From: Planctomycetota bacterium
GTDB lineage: Bacteria > Planctomycetota > UBA1135 > UBA2386
Length of the DNA: 64,000 bases
Assembly (NCBI GenBank): GCA_965228735.1
Contig: OZ245838.1
Coordinates: forward strand, 6,080,001 to 6,144,000
Direction of reading: 5' to 3'
Shown: piece by piece, positions 46,324-55,529 of the stretch
Numbering within the stretch: the first letter of the stretch is position 1
Layout of the letters: each line of letters starts with the position of its first letter
The notes under the pieces: model-generated
What the model saw: the letters and a program-made list of their open reading frames with translations, nothing else
Database searches by the model: none
What the model was told of the DNA's origin: nothing
Made by a program: the position numbers and the translations under genes

Positions 46324-47001
46324 TCACCGCAGCTGCTGCAGCAGCTCGTTCGCCACCTTCTCGGACGAAGCCGGATTCTGGCCCGTGATGAGGTGGCCGT
46401 CGACGACGGCGAAGGCCTCCCAGTCTTCGCGCTTCTCGTACTTGCCGCCGAGCTCCCGCAGTCGATCCTCCAGCAGGAACGGCACGACGTCGGTGAGGCC
46501 GACGGCGTCCTCCTCGGAGTTGCTGAACCCGGTGACGCGCTTGCCCTCGACCAGCGGTGCGCCGGCCGGCGTCTTGACCTGATGGAGCACGGCCGGGGCA
46601 TGACACACCGCGGCGATGGGCTTGCCTTGCGCAACGAACGCCTCGATCAGCCCGATCGAGTGCGGGTCCGACGCCAGGTCCCACAGCGGACCGTGCCCAC
46701 CTGGGTAGAACACGGCGTCGAACTCATCGGCGCTCACCGTCGCAAGCTCGACCGTCGCAGCCAGGGCCTGCTGCGCCTCGGAATCGTCCTCGAAGCGGCG
46801 CGTGCTGTCGGTCTGCGCGTCCGGCTGTGAGCTCTTCGGATCGAGGGGCGGCTGTCCGCCCTTCGGCGACGCGAGCGTGAGCTCCGCGCCAGCGTCACGC
46901 AACGCGAAGTAGGGCGCGGTGAACTCTTCGAGCCAGAATCCGGTCTTGTTGCCGGTGTTGCCGAGTCGGTCGTGGGAGGTGAGGACGATGAGGATGCGCA
47001 T
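46324..47001 (-). CDS. DJ-1/PfpI (type 1 glutamine amidotransferase-like, Hsp31-type) protein
   Basis: TGFWLEE, ASPKGG, FYPGGHGPLWDL, AVCHAP, ITGQNPASS. Confidence 0.93.
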   Translation of the reverse strand: MRILIVLTSHDRLGNTGNKTGFWLEEFTAPYFALRDAGAELTLASPKGGQPPLDPKSSQPDAQTDSTRRFEDDSEAQQALAATVELATVSADEFDAVFYPGGHGPLWDLASDPHSIGLIEAFVAQGKPIAAVCHAPAVLHQVKTPAGAPLVEGKRVTGFSNSEEDAVGLTDVVPFLLEDRLRELGGKYEKREDWEAFAVVDGHLITGQNPASSEKVANELLQQLR

Positions 47002-47185
47002 GGGATTCGAAGACGGGTGTGGCCTCCCCCCGTGGACCGGGGCTTAGGACGCGCCGCGCGCAGCTCAAGCCATTTGCCGCGCCCCGCCGCGGTGCGTCGC
47101 GGCAGTCGACGACCGCGTTTCGGTCCTCGCGGTCACCTGCTGGCGATCGCGTCGCTCGATTCGCTTGGAGCGAGCCCGTATGCGC

Positions 47186-47602
47186 TCAATCGCCGGGCAG
47201 CTCGTGCCGGATTGCGGCGACTCGGTTCGCGAGTTCGGTGGGTGTGAGCCGTTCCGAGGCCGTGAAGGTCACGTCGGGAATCTCGGTCAGGCCGAGCCTC
47301 GTGCCGCCCCAGGACTCGAGTTCCGTCGAGCGGCAGGCCGGGCAGACGATCCGGTGGGTCATCGCCAGGCCGTCGATCGGGTCTGCCAACGCTGCGAGGA
47401 ACGGCCAGATCGTCCGGTCATTCCCGGTCAGCAATTTCGCGACGCGTTGCGCGAAGTCGGAACCAGCACTGGCGCGCGCAAAACGTCTGCCGTCGCTGGT
47501 CGAAAGGACGGCTTCGCCATAGGCGAGGTCACCGAAGCTGGCGTGGTGGAACTCCGTCCGACACGACGCACACTTCGCTGCGAGCAGTGCGGCGGCGTTC
47601 AC
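47186..47602 (-). CDS. Hypothetical protein with two CxxC motifs (possible zinc binding)
   Basis: CASC near the N-terminus and CPAC near the C-terminus. GTG start is inferred. Confidence 0.55.
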   Translation of the reverse strand: MNAAALLAAKCASCRTEFHHASFGDLAYGEAVLSTSDGRRFARASAGSDFAQRVAKLLTGNDRTIWPFLAALADPIDGLAMTHRIVCPACRSTELESWGGTRLGLTEIPDVTFTASERLTPTELANRVAAIRHELPGD

Positions 47603-47751
47603 CTGCCCTCGTGACGCTCTTCGAGTTCGTGCGGGCTCACCGACTTGGAGCTGGTCGGGTGAGCCAGGGTCGCAGCATGTCGCCTCGGCCGCGCAGAGCT
47701 TGACGGCCATCGGGGCAAACCGTGGCCTGCGGCGCCCGGTACTCGCAATTC

Positions 47752-50358
47752 TCAATTCGCCCCATGCCGCTCCTGCCAGCGCACCAACAGCTCGTACGCC
47801 TGCCGCGGTGACATGTCGTCGAGGTCCAGTTCCCGCAGCTCCTCGACCAACGGCTCGGGCGGCGGGGCGAACAGCTCGTTCTGGCGCGGGCCGGGCTTGC
47901 TGCGTTCGCGTGCGTTGACCAGTGACTCACGCACGTCGTCGCCTTCGGCTTCGAGCTTGTGCAGCACGGCGGTCGCGCGGTCGAGCACGGTCTTCGGGAT
48001 GCCGGCGAGCTGCGCGACGTGCAGGCCGTAGCTGCGGTCGGTGCCGCCGGGTTCGATGCGGTGCAGGAAGACGATCTCGTCCTGCCATTCGCGCACCGCG
48101 ACGCGGCAGTTGGCGACGCCGTTACCCGGCGTGCCGAGGTCGACGAGCTGGTGGTAGTGGGTGGCGAACAGGCCGCGGCAGCGGATCCGCTCGAGCAGGT
48201 CCTCGGCGATGGCCCACGCGAGCGAGAGCCCGTCGTAGGTGCTCGTGCCGCGGCCGACCTCGTCGAGGATCACGAGGCTCTTCTCGGTCGCGTTGTTGAG
48301 GATGTTGGCCGTCTCGGTCATCTCGACCATGAACGTCGACGCACCGCGGCTGATGTCGTCCGCGCCGCCGACGCGCGTGAAGACGCGGTCGACGAGGCCG
48401 ATGTGCGCGGCCTTGGCGGGCACGAAGCTGCCGATCTGCGCCATGACGACGATCAGCGCGTTCTGCCGGATCCACGTCGACTTGCCGGCCATGTTGGGGC
48501 CGGTGAGGAGCACGAGGCGGCGTTCGGGTGGCTGCAGGTCGGTGTCGTTGGCGACGAACGTGCCGGCTGCGTGCGTCGTCTCGATCACGGGATGGCGGCC
48601 GTCCTCGATCTTCAGCACCGTCGAATCGTCGATCGTCGGTTGGCAGTAGTTGCGTTCCTTCGCGACGGTCGCGAGCGCCGTGAGGACGTCGAGCTCGGCG
48701 AGCGCGCGCGCCGTCGCCTGCAGCCGTTCGCACGCCGCGGACACCTGTTCGCGCAGCGCCGAGAACAGCTCGTACTCGAGCGCCTTGCTGTTCTCCTCGG
48801 CCTTGAGCACCTTGGCCTCGAACTCGCGGAGCTCGTCGGTCACGTAGCGCTCCGCGTTCTTCATCGTCTGCTTGCGCTGGAAGTCGTTCGGCAGCGCGAC
48901 GTCCTTGTGCGTGTGCGTGACCTCGATGTAGAAGCCGAAGACCTTGTTGAACCCGACCTTCAGGCTCGGGATGCCGGTCGTCTCTGCGAGCCGCGTCTGG
49001 TAGTTCGCGAGCCAGACGTTGCTGTCCTTGGCCAGGGTCCGCAGCTCGTCGAGCTCGCTGCTGAAGCCGGTCCGGATCATGCCGCCCTCGCGGACCGACA
49101 GCGGCGGCTCGTCGACGATCGCCTTGCCGATGGCGCTGGCCAGCTCGGGCAGCGTGTCCATGCCCGCGAGTCGCTGCAGCGCCGCGGCGCCGCAACCCTG
49201 CAGCCGTTCGACGAGCGCCGGCAGTTGCCCGAGGCTCTGGCGCAGCCCGGCGAGATCGCGCGCGTTGCCGCGGCCGAACGCGGCGCGGGATGTCAGGCGT
49301 TCGAGATCGAGCACCGGCTCGAGGGCGGCGCGCACCGCGAGCCGCAGATCCGAACCGGCAAACAGCTCGGCCACCGCCGTCTGCCGATCGAGCACGGCCT
49401 CGACGTTCCCGAGCGGCGCGAGCAGCCAGTGCCGCAACAGCCGCGCGCCCATCGGCGTGTCGGTCTCGTCGAGCACGGCGAGCAGCGGCGTGCCCTCGTC
49501 GTCGCGCATCGTCGACACGAGCTCGAGGCTCTGTCGCGTCGCGCGGTCGAGCCGCATGTGCGCGCCGTCGCTGAAGACCTCGAGCCCGCGCAGGTGGGGG
49601 AGCGCGCACAGCTGCGTGTCCTGCAGGTAGGTGACGATCGCGCCGGCTGCACCGACGGCGAGCGGCAGGTCGGTCACTCCGAAGCCGGCGAGCGTCTTGA
49701 GCTTGAAGAACTGCTCCAGCGCGCGCGTCGCTCCATCGGTGCCGAAGTCGTAGCCCGGCCGCCACGTCACGGGCACGCGATTCGCCATGAGCCACGGCGT
49801 GTCGCCGCGCAGCGTTTCCGAGCACAGCAGCTCCGCCGGTTCGATGCGCGCGAGCTCGTCCGGCAGCTGGTCGACCGCGCACTCGTGCACCTGGAACGCG
49901 CCCGTCGAGAGCTCGACCCACGCGATGCCGGCGCGATCCTTGCCCATCGCGACGGCCGCGAGATGGTTCGCGCGGCTGCCGTCGAGCAGGTTGTCCTCGG
50001 TCAGCGTCCCGGGCGTGATCACGCGCACGACCTCGCGGTCGACGACGCCCTTGGCCTCGCTCGGATCGGACATCTGCTCGCAGATCGCCACGTGGTGGCC
50101 CATCTGCACGAGCTTCTTCATGTGCCCGTCGATCGACCGCACGGGCACGCCGGCCATCGGCGTCGCGCTCTCGCCCTTGCCGCGCGCGGTCAGCGTGATG
50201 CCGAGGTCCTTGGCGGCGATCTTCGCGTCCTCGAAGAACAGCTCGTAGAAGTCGCCCATCCGGAAGAACAGCAGCGCGTCGGGGTGCTTGCCCTTGGCAT
50301 CGACGTACTGCTGCATCGCCGGGGACAGCGACGAGCCCTTGCCCTTCGTGCCGCTCAC
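47752..50358 (-). CDS. mutS: DNA mismatch repair protein MutS
   Basis: PAMQQY, FFRMGDFYELF, TGPNMAGKST, STFMVEM, DEVGRGTST, ATHYH, SYGLHVAQLAG. Confidence 0.98.
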   Translation of the reverse strand: MSGTKGKGSSLSPAMQQYVDAKGKHPDALLFFRMGDFYELFFEDAKIAAKDLGITLTARGKGESATPMAGVPVRSIDGHMKKLVQMGHHVAICEQMSDPSEAKGVVDREVVRVITPGTLTEDNLLDGSRANHLAAVAMGKDRAGIAWVELSTGAFQVHECAVDQLPDELARIEPAELLCSETLRGDTPWLMANRVPVTWRPGYDFGTDGATRALEQFFKLKTLAGFGVTDLPLAVGAAGAIVTYLQDTQLCALPHLRGLEVFSDGAHMRLDRATRQSLELVSTMRDDEGTPLLAVLDETDTPMGARLLRHWLLAPLGNVEAVLDRQTAVAELFAGSDLRLAVRAALEPVLDLERLTSRAAFGRGNARDLAGLRQSLGQLPALVERLQGCGAAALQRLAGMDTLPELASAIGKAIVDEPPLSVREGGMIRTGFSSELDELRTLAKDSNVWLANYQTRLAETTGIPSLKVGFNKVFGFYIEVTHTHKDVALPNDFQRKQTMKNAERYVTDELREFEAKVLKAEENSKALEYELFSALREQVSAACERLQATARALAELDVLTALATVAKERNYCQPTIDDSTVLKIEDGRHPVIETTHAAGTFVANDTDLQPPERRLVLLTGPNMAGKSTWIRQNALIVVMAQIGSFVPAKAAHIGLVDRVFTRVGGADDISRGASTFMVEMTETANILNNATEKSLVILDEVGRGTSTYDGLSLAWAIAEDLLERIRCRGLFATHYHQLVDLGTPGNGVANCRVAVREWQDEIVFLHRIEPGGTDRSYGLHVAQLAGIPKTVLDRATAVLHKLEAEGDDVRESLVNARERSKPGPRQNELFAPPPEPLVEELRELDLDDMSPRQAYELLVRWQERHGAN

Positions 50359-51530
50359 TGGACGCCTTCGCCGAACTGGCGCCGTGGTGACGCGCGCACC
50401 ATGCGGCCCGCTTCCTCGACGAGGATCGTCGCCGCGCGTGCGGCCTCGGCCTCGGTGGTGAGATGCGAGAACGACAGCCGCACGACCTCGCGCGCGGCGC
50501 GGCGGCCGAGGCCGATGCCCGTGAGCACGTGGTTCTGCTTGTCGTCCGCGCCGTGGCACGCCGAGCCCGTCGAGAACGCGACGCCGCGCGCGTTGCACCG
50601 CTCGAGGAACGTGCTGCCCACGATGCCGGGCAGCCGCAGCGACAGGATGTGCGGCAGCCGGCGATCGGGATGACCGAGCCGTTCGGCGTCGGGCACGACC
50701 TCGAGCAGCCGTTCGCAGATCATCGCGGCGATCGCTTCGCAATGGCGCGCCGTGCGGTCGAGTCGGGTGAACGCGGCTTCGGCCGCTGTCGCGAGCCCCA
50801 CCGCGCCGGCGACGTTCTCCGTGCCGCCGCGCAGGCCGTCCTCCTGGCCGCCCGCGAGCTGCAGCGGGCGCACGTCGGCCTGGTTGGACAACGCAAGGAA
50901 CCCGGCGCCGCGCGGCCCGTGGAATTTGTGGCCCGACACCGCGACCGAGTCGACGTCGTGGTCGTCGAAGTCGAACGGCACCTTCGTGTAGGTCTGGACG
51001 AGGTCGACGTGGATGTGCGCCTTCGGCGCCTCGCGGCGGATCAGTTCGGTGAGCTCGTCGAGCCGACTCAGCGTGCCGAGCTCGTTGTGACCGTGCATGA
51101 GCGCGACCGTGCGCACGTCGCTGCCGAGCGCTTCGAACAACGTCTCCGGCGCGAGATCGCCGTGCTCGGTCACCGGCAGCACGACCGTGTGGTGGCGCCA
51201 GCGGCCGGTCACCTGATCCGTGCGCAGCAGCGCCGGATGATCGGCGGCGGCCATGAGGATGCGGCCCGGCGGCCGCGCCGCGGCGCTGCCGACAATGCCG
51301 AGGCAGTCCGCCTCGCTGCCACCCGAGGTGAACACGACGCGGCCGGCCGCGAGCGTGCCGCGCAAGAACTCGCGTGCGTCGCTCAGCAGCTTCTGGGCCG
51401 GCGGGCCGAACGAGTGCGGGCTGCTAGGATTGCCGAACGCGTCGAGGTGCGCCTGCGCCATCGCGTCGACGACCTCGGGCAGAGGGCGCGTCGTCGCGGC
51501 GTTGTCGAGGTAGATCGGACCGCCGGTCAT
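50355..51530 (-). CDS. Cysteine desulfurase (IscS/NifS-like, class V aminotransferase)
   Basis: IYLDNAATT, GNPSS, SGHKFHGP, RGGTENV, STGSAC. Confidence 0.92.
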   Translation of the reverse strand: MTGGPIYLDNAATTRPLPEVVDAMAQAHLDAFGNPSSPHSFGPPAQKLLSDAREFLRGTLAAGRVVFTSGGSEADCLGIVGSAAARPPGRILMAAADHPALLRTDQVTGRWRHHTVVLPVTEHGDLAPETLFEALGSDVRTVALMHGHNELGTLSRLDELTELIRREAPKAHIHVDLVQTYTKVPFDFDDHDVDSVAVSGHKFHGPRGAGFLALSNQADVRPLQLAGGQEDGLRGGTENVAGAVGLATAAEAAFTRLDRTARHCEAIAAMICERLLEVVPDAERLGHPDRRLPHILSLRLPGIVGSTFLERCNARGVAFSTGSACHGADDKQNHVLTGIGLGRRAAREVVRLSFSHLTTEAEAARAATILVEEAGRMVRASPRRQFGEGVQ

Positions 51531-51616
51531 CCCGGTAGCATCGCGACCGGTCGCGACCGGGCAAGTCGTGGGGTGGCCAATTCGGGGGCCGCCGCCCGTT
51601 CTCGTGCCGGGGACGA

Positions 51617-53410
51617 CTACGAGTCGATGCCGTAGCGCCGCAGCTTGTCGTAGAGCGTCGACGGCGCGATCGCGAGCGCCTGCGCCGCGCGTGCCCGGTT
51701 GCCGCCCACCCGTTTCAGCGTCCGGCGAATGTGCTGGCGCTCGACCTCCTCGAGGGATTGCAGGCCCTGCATGGAGACCTCGACCTGGCCCTCGACGATC
51801 TCCGTCGGCAGGTGGCGCGGCGTGATCTGGCCGCCGCCGGCCTTCGCCGCCGCCGTCTCGATCGCGTGTCGCAGCTCCTCGACGTTGCCGGGCCACGAGT
51901 AGCCCGCGAGCAGGCGCTTGCTGCGTTCGCTGAGCAGCCGCGGCGTCCCGTCCATGCCGGGCCCCATCTCGGAGAGCAGCAGTTCGGCGAGCGTGACTAC
52001 GTCGGTGCCGTCCTGGCGCAGCGGTGGGATCGATACGACGTGGGCGGCGAGGTGCCCGCCGAGTTCGTTCGTCCAGCCCTTCTCGGTTTGGGCCGGCGCT
52101 TCGCTTCTCGGCATCGCCTCGCCATCCTCGCCCGGCGGGCGATGCTTCGGTGGTGGCAGGAGCGAGCCGCCGACGAGCCGGAACGCGGCGTCATCGGTCG
52201 CGAGGCGCTTCTGCAGCCCGGGCGGCAGCGCGTCGATGTCCTCGACGAACAGCGTCCCGCCCGCGGCACGCGCCGTGGCGCCGACGTGGCCATCGTCGCC
52301 GAACAGTTCGCGCTCGAGTTGGTCCTTGGGTACGGCGCGTGGATGCAGCGCAACGAACGCGTCGCTGCCTTGCGACTCGGAGTGCAGGTAGCGCGCGAGC
52401 TCTTCGCGTTCGGTGCCGGCCTCGCCGACGAGCAACACGGGCGCGCCGGCGTTCGCGACTTCGCGGAGCGTCTGCCGAACGCTCTGCAGGCGCGAGCTCG
52501 CGAGCACTGCGTTGTGGGCCGCCGTGCCGTGCAAGCGCAGGCGTTGCACCTCGTCGCGCAGCCGCAGGCGTTCTTGCAGTTCGTCCAGCCGGTGCCAGAT
52601 CACCTTGCCGAGCGTGTCCGCGAGGCGCAGCAGGTCCTGGCCCGCGGGCGCCCGGGCGCTCGGCTGGTCGAGCAGGACGAGGGCGTTCGGTCCGTCGCCG
52701 AGCGGGATCGCGAGTCGGCCCTCGTCCTCCGATGTCGTGAGGATCGAGACCCGGCGCAGGCGATGGGCTTCCCGGATGATCGCCTTGGGCACGTCGAACC
52801 CGATGTCGGGACGCTGGGTGTCGAGCATCGCGAGGGTCTCGACGGCGTTGCCCGTCGCGCGGAAGCGTCCGAGCAGGCCGCGCGTCCGGCCCGTCAGATT
52901 CATGGCCAGCTGCAGCAGCGGCTCCGCGGCGTCGGTCAGCGAGCCGATGTCCGTGAAGGTCCACCCGATCCGTTCGAGGATGCGCTGGGCCTCGGGTGCG
53001 CGGGGGGGCGCGTCGTCCGCGGGTGGCGCGAGTTCATCGTCGATGACCTCGCGCCGCGTGATCATGACCGTGTCGTGGCCATCCTCGAGCGGTTCGCGCG
53101 GCTCGCGGCGCTGGAGGACGAGGCGGGTGAGGCCGATCGAGAGGGTCTGGCCGGGGGTCAGATCGCCGCTCGGGGTCGGCGACCCGTCGATCAGGATCGG
53201 GTTGCGGCCGCCCAGGTCGATGATCCGGAACGTGTCGCCGCGGCGCTCGATCCGGACGTGCTGGCGGCTCACGGTCGGGTCGCGCAGCTGGATCGCGCAG
53301 TCGGGGGAGCGCCCGACGAGCCAGCGCTCGCCGTCCAGCGCGATCGTCCGTACCGACCCGTCGCCGATCACGACCAGCCGGAATCGACCTTCTCGGGCCA
53401 CCGATTCCAT
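51617..53410 (-). CDS. FHA-domain, NtrC/Fis-type AAA+ regulator with degenerate ATPase motifs
   Basis: FHA (VGRSPDC...VSRQH), GAF-like linker, AAA+ region with WPGNVEEL, Fis HTH (GGNRARAAQALAIAPSTLYDKL). Confidence 0.85.
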   Translation of the reverse strand: MESVAREGRFRLVVIGDGSVRTIALDGERWLVGRSPDCAIQLRDPTVSRQHVRIERRGDTFRIIDLGGRNPILIDGSPTPSGDLTPGQTLSIGLTRLVLQRREPREPLEDGHDTVMITRREVIDDELAPPADDAPPRAPEAQRILERIGWTFTDIGSLTDAAEPLLQLAMNLTGRTRGLLGRFRATGNAVETLAMLDTQRPDIGFDVPKAIIREAHRLRRVSILTTSEDEGRLAIPLGDGPNALVLLDQPSARAPAGQDLLRLADTLGKVIWHRLDELQERLRLRDEVQRLRLHGTAAHNAVLASSRLQSVRQTLREVANAGAPVLLVGEAGTEREELARYLHSESQGSDAFVALHPRAVPKDQLERELFGDDGHVGATARAAGGTLFVEDIDALPPGLQKRLATDDAAFRLVGGSLLPPPKHRPPGEDGEAMPRSEAPAQTEKGWTNELGGHLAAHVVSIPPLRQDGTDVVTLAELLLSEMGPGMDGTPRLLSERSKRLLAGYSWPGNVEELRHAIETAAAKAGGGQITPRHLPTEIVEGQVEVSMQGLQSLEEVERQHIRRTLKRVGGNRARAAQALAIAPSTLYDKLRRYGIDS

Positions 53411-53724
53411 GGCCCGAAGTATCCGAAAATCGAACACTACCCGCAAGGCCTGCGCTTCGATCCGAGAATCGAATACCCCGATTGACGGCAGCGGCCCCTC
53501 TCCCCTAGGCTTGAGCGTCAGCGGGAAGCGGACCGGGTCAGGTTTTTTCGAGAATGTCGCGCAACCCCGTCTCGCCCCGGGTCCCGGTCCACCCCGGGAC
53601 CCGTCACGCTGCCTGCCGCGCCTGCCTGCCACGTGGCCTTTCCTCCCGCGCCTCCCACCGGTCCCGAGAGTCGATGGGCCGCCCCTGCTGAAGGCGACAT
53701 GGCCATGCGGTCGATACCTCGCAC

Positions 53725-54594
53725 ATGTGGATGTGGGGGCTCATCGGATGGCTGTTGGTCTCGGTGCTCGCGGCCGCGCTCCATCACCGGTTCCAGCGGC
53801 GGCAGACCCGGGTCGATCCGGCGGTCGGCGCGTTCCTCCTGCGCCTCGAGACGCTGATCGCGGAGCGCCACCCCGGCGTCCGCTACGTCGACCTGCTGCC
53901 CGACCAGTTCGCCTGCCTGCTCGAGGTCGATGGGCAGGAGACGCCGGTCTCGCTGCACGACGCGTTCCGCCACGAGCAGACGTTTCCCGACGGCTTCCCC
54001 GACTACGTCGAGCGGCTGATCGGCGACATCCGCGAGGTCGGCCTCGACCGCGTCGATGACCTCGACCTCGCCGGCGCGGCGGCGCAGCTGCTGCCGCAGG
54101 TGCGCAGTCGGCAGTGGCTCGAAGACCACGGCCGGTTCGGGGATTCGGGTCTCGTGCATCGATCGCTCAACGACGAGCTCGTCGTCGTCTACGTCGTCGA
54201 CGATCCGCACAGCATGGTCTTCGTCTGTCGTGGCCACCTCAACGCCTGGGGCAAGACGATCGACGACGTGCACAATCTCGCGCTCGCCAACCTGCAGCGC
54301 CTCGACGGTGACCGGCTCGAAGAACTGCGGCAGGTCGCGGAACCGTTGCGCATCGAGATGGGCGACGGGTTCGATGCGGCTCGCGTGCTGCTGCTCGAGG
54401 AGGCCGAGGGGCTGCTCGTCGCGCTGCCCGATCGCGACCTGCTCTGGGTCGGCGGTGAGGATCAGGTCGACCTCGAGACGCTGATGGCCGACACGGAAGC
54501 GCTCGCGGAGCGCGCGGCGCATCCGGTCTCGAAGCGCGTCTATCGCGTCACTTCTGCGGGTCTCGAGGCCGTGTCAGACGTGCCGTCAGAGTGA
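53725..54594 (+). CDS. DUF1444-like protein with an N-terminal TM helix
   Basis: 'LVVVYVVDDPHSMVFV...W...DDVHNLALANL...GDGFDAARVLL...VALPDRDLL'. Confidence 0.65.
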   Translation: MWMWGLIGWLLVSVLAAALHHRFQRRQTRVDPAVGAFLLRLETLIAERHPGVRYVDLLPDQFACLLEVDGQETPVSLHDAFRHEQTFPDGFPDYVERLIGDIREVGLDRVDDLDLAGAAAQLLPQVRSRQWLEDHGRFGDSGLVHRSLNDELVVVYVVDDPHSMVFVCRGHLNAWGKTIDDVHNLALANLQRLDGDRLEELRQVAEPLRIEMGDGFDAARVLLLEEAEGLLVALPDRDLLWVGGEDQVDLETLMADTEALAERAAHPVSKRVYRVTSAGLEAVSDVPSE

Positions 54595-55381
54595 CCTCGA
54601 TCGGCGTTCCGTCCCCTTCGGTCTTGGCGGTGAAACGCTGCCGAACCGCCGAGCGGATCGGATCGACGACTTCGTAGTCACCCGCGCCGAGGACGAGCGT
54701 CACGCTGCCGTCGTCGAGCCGCAGGCCGCCCGCTGCGGCGCCCTGGGCGAGCCAGTCGCGCGCGCCGACGCGAACGAGCTGGAACGGGCCGGCGGGGCGG
54801 CCGTTCGCGGTGACGAGACGAACGCGGACGACGGGCGCGGTCATCGAGAAGTCGCGGATGTTGCCGCGCGGGTCGAGCGTCGCGCGGGCGAGGTAGCCGT
54901 GCTCGGCGCTGGCCTCATCCGGGGCCACCGTCACCACGAACGGCGCCGAGGGCGGCGTGAGCTCGATCACGAGACCGTCGGGTGAGACGGTCGCGTCCGC
55001 GAGAGGATGCCACGCGAGGCGGGCGCCCGTCGTCGGGGCGAACACCGCCACGCCGGCGCTCGAGCTCGTGGCGTCGCCGGGGTTCACGATGTCACGATCG
55101 AGGCCGCGCACGAGGAGTCTGGTCGGGCGTTGGTCGGCGCGAATCGCGCCGACGAGCGCGGCCGGCGTCGCGAAGGCGTGCGGCCGTGCTTCGAGCTTCA
55201 GCAGCCGGGGCGCGGGCACGACGAGCAACCGCAGTTCGAGATCGGGCTGCGCCGTCGTCACGACGGCCGGCTGCCGCAGGCTCAGGAGGAACGAGTACCC
55301 CGCGACGGCAATGCCGACGGCGATGAGCAGGGCAGCGAAGGCGGTGGCGAGGAAGCGAATGGCGGAACTCCGACGGACCAT
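54548..55381 (-). CDS. Hypothetical membrane-anchored protein
   Basis: N-terminal TM 'FLATAFAALLIAVGIAVAGYSFLL' followed by a beta-rich region. Confidence 0.6.
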   Translation of the reverse strand: MVRRSSAIRFLATAFAALLIAVGIAVAGYSFLLSLRQPAVVTTAQPDLELRLLVVPAPRLLKLEARPHAFATPAALVGAIRADQRPTRLLVRGLDRDIVNPGDATSSSAGVAVFAPTTGARLAWHPLADATVSPDGLVIELTPPSAPFVVTVAPDEASAEHGYLARATLDPRGNIRDFSMTAPVVRVRLVTANGRPAGPFQLVRVGARDWLAQGAAAGGLRLDDGSVTLVLGAGDYEVVDPIRSAVRQRFTAKTEGDGTPIEVTLTARLTRPRDPQK

Positions 55382-55529
55382 CCTACCGCGGATCGCCCGC
55401 GCCGGCACGGTGGCGATTGCCGCCGTGTCGTCGCCAGTTCGAACGGCCCCAGATCGGTCGGCGCCAAATCGGGTCGGCGCCGAATCGTCAGGTGCGGCCG
55501 GTCGGCACGGGGCCGACCCGCACCGCGGC

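Noticed and set aside
50355..51530. Functional link between the cysteine desulfurase and mutS (overlapping stop/start), such as DNA phosphorothioation
   Set aside because: No dnd or ssp genes are in the window; operonic coupling alone is not enough.
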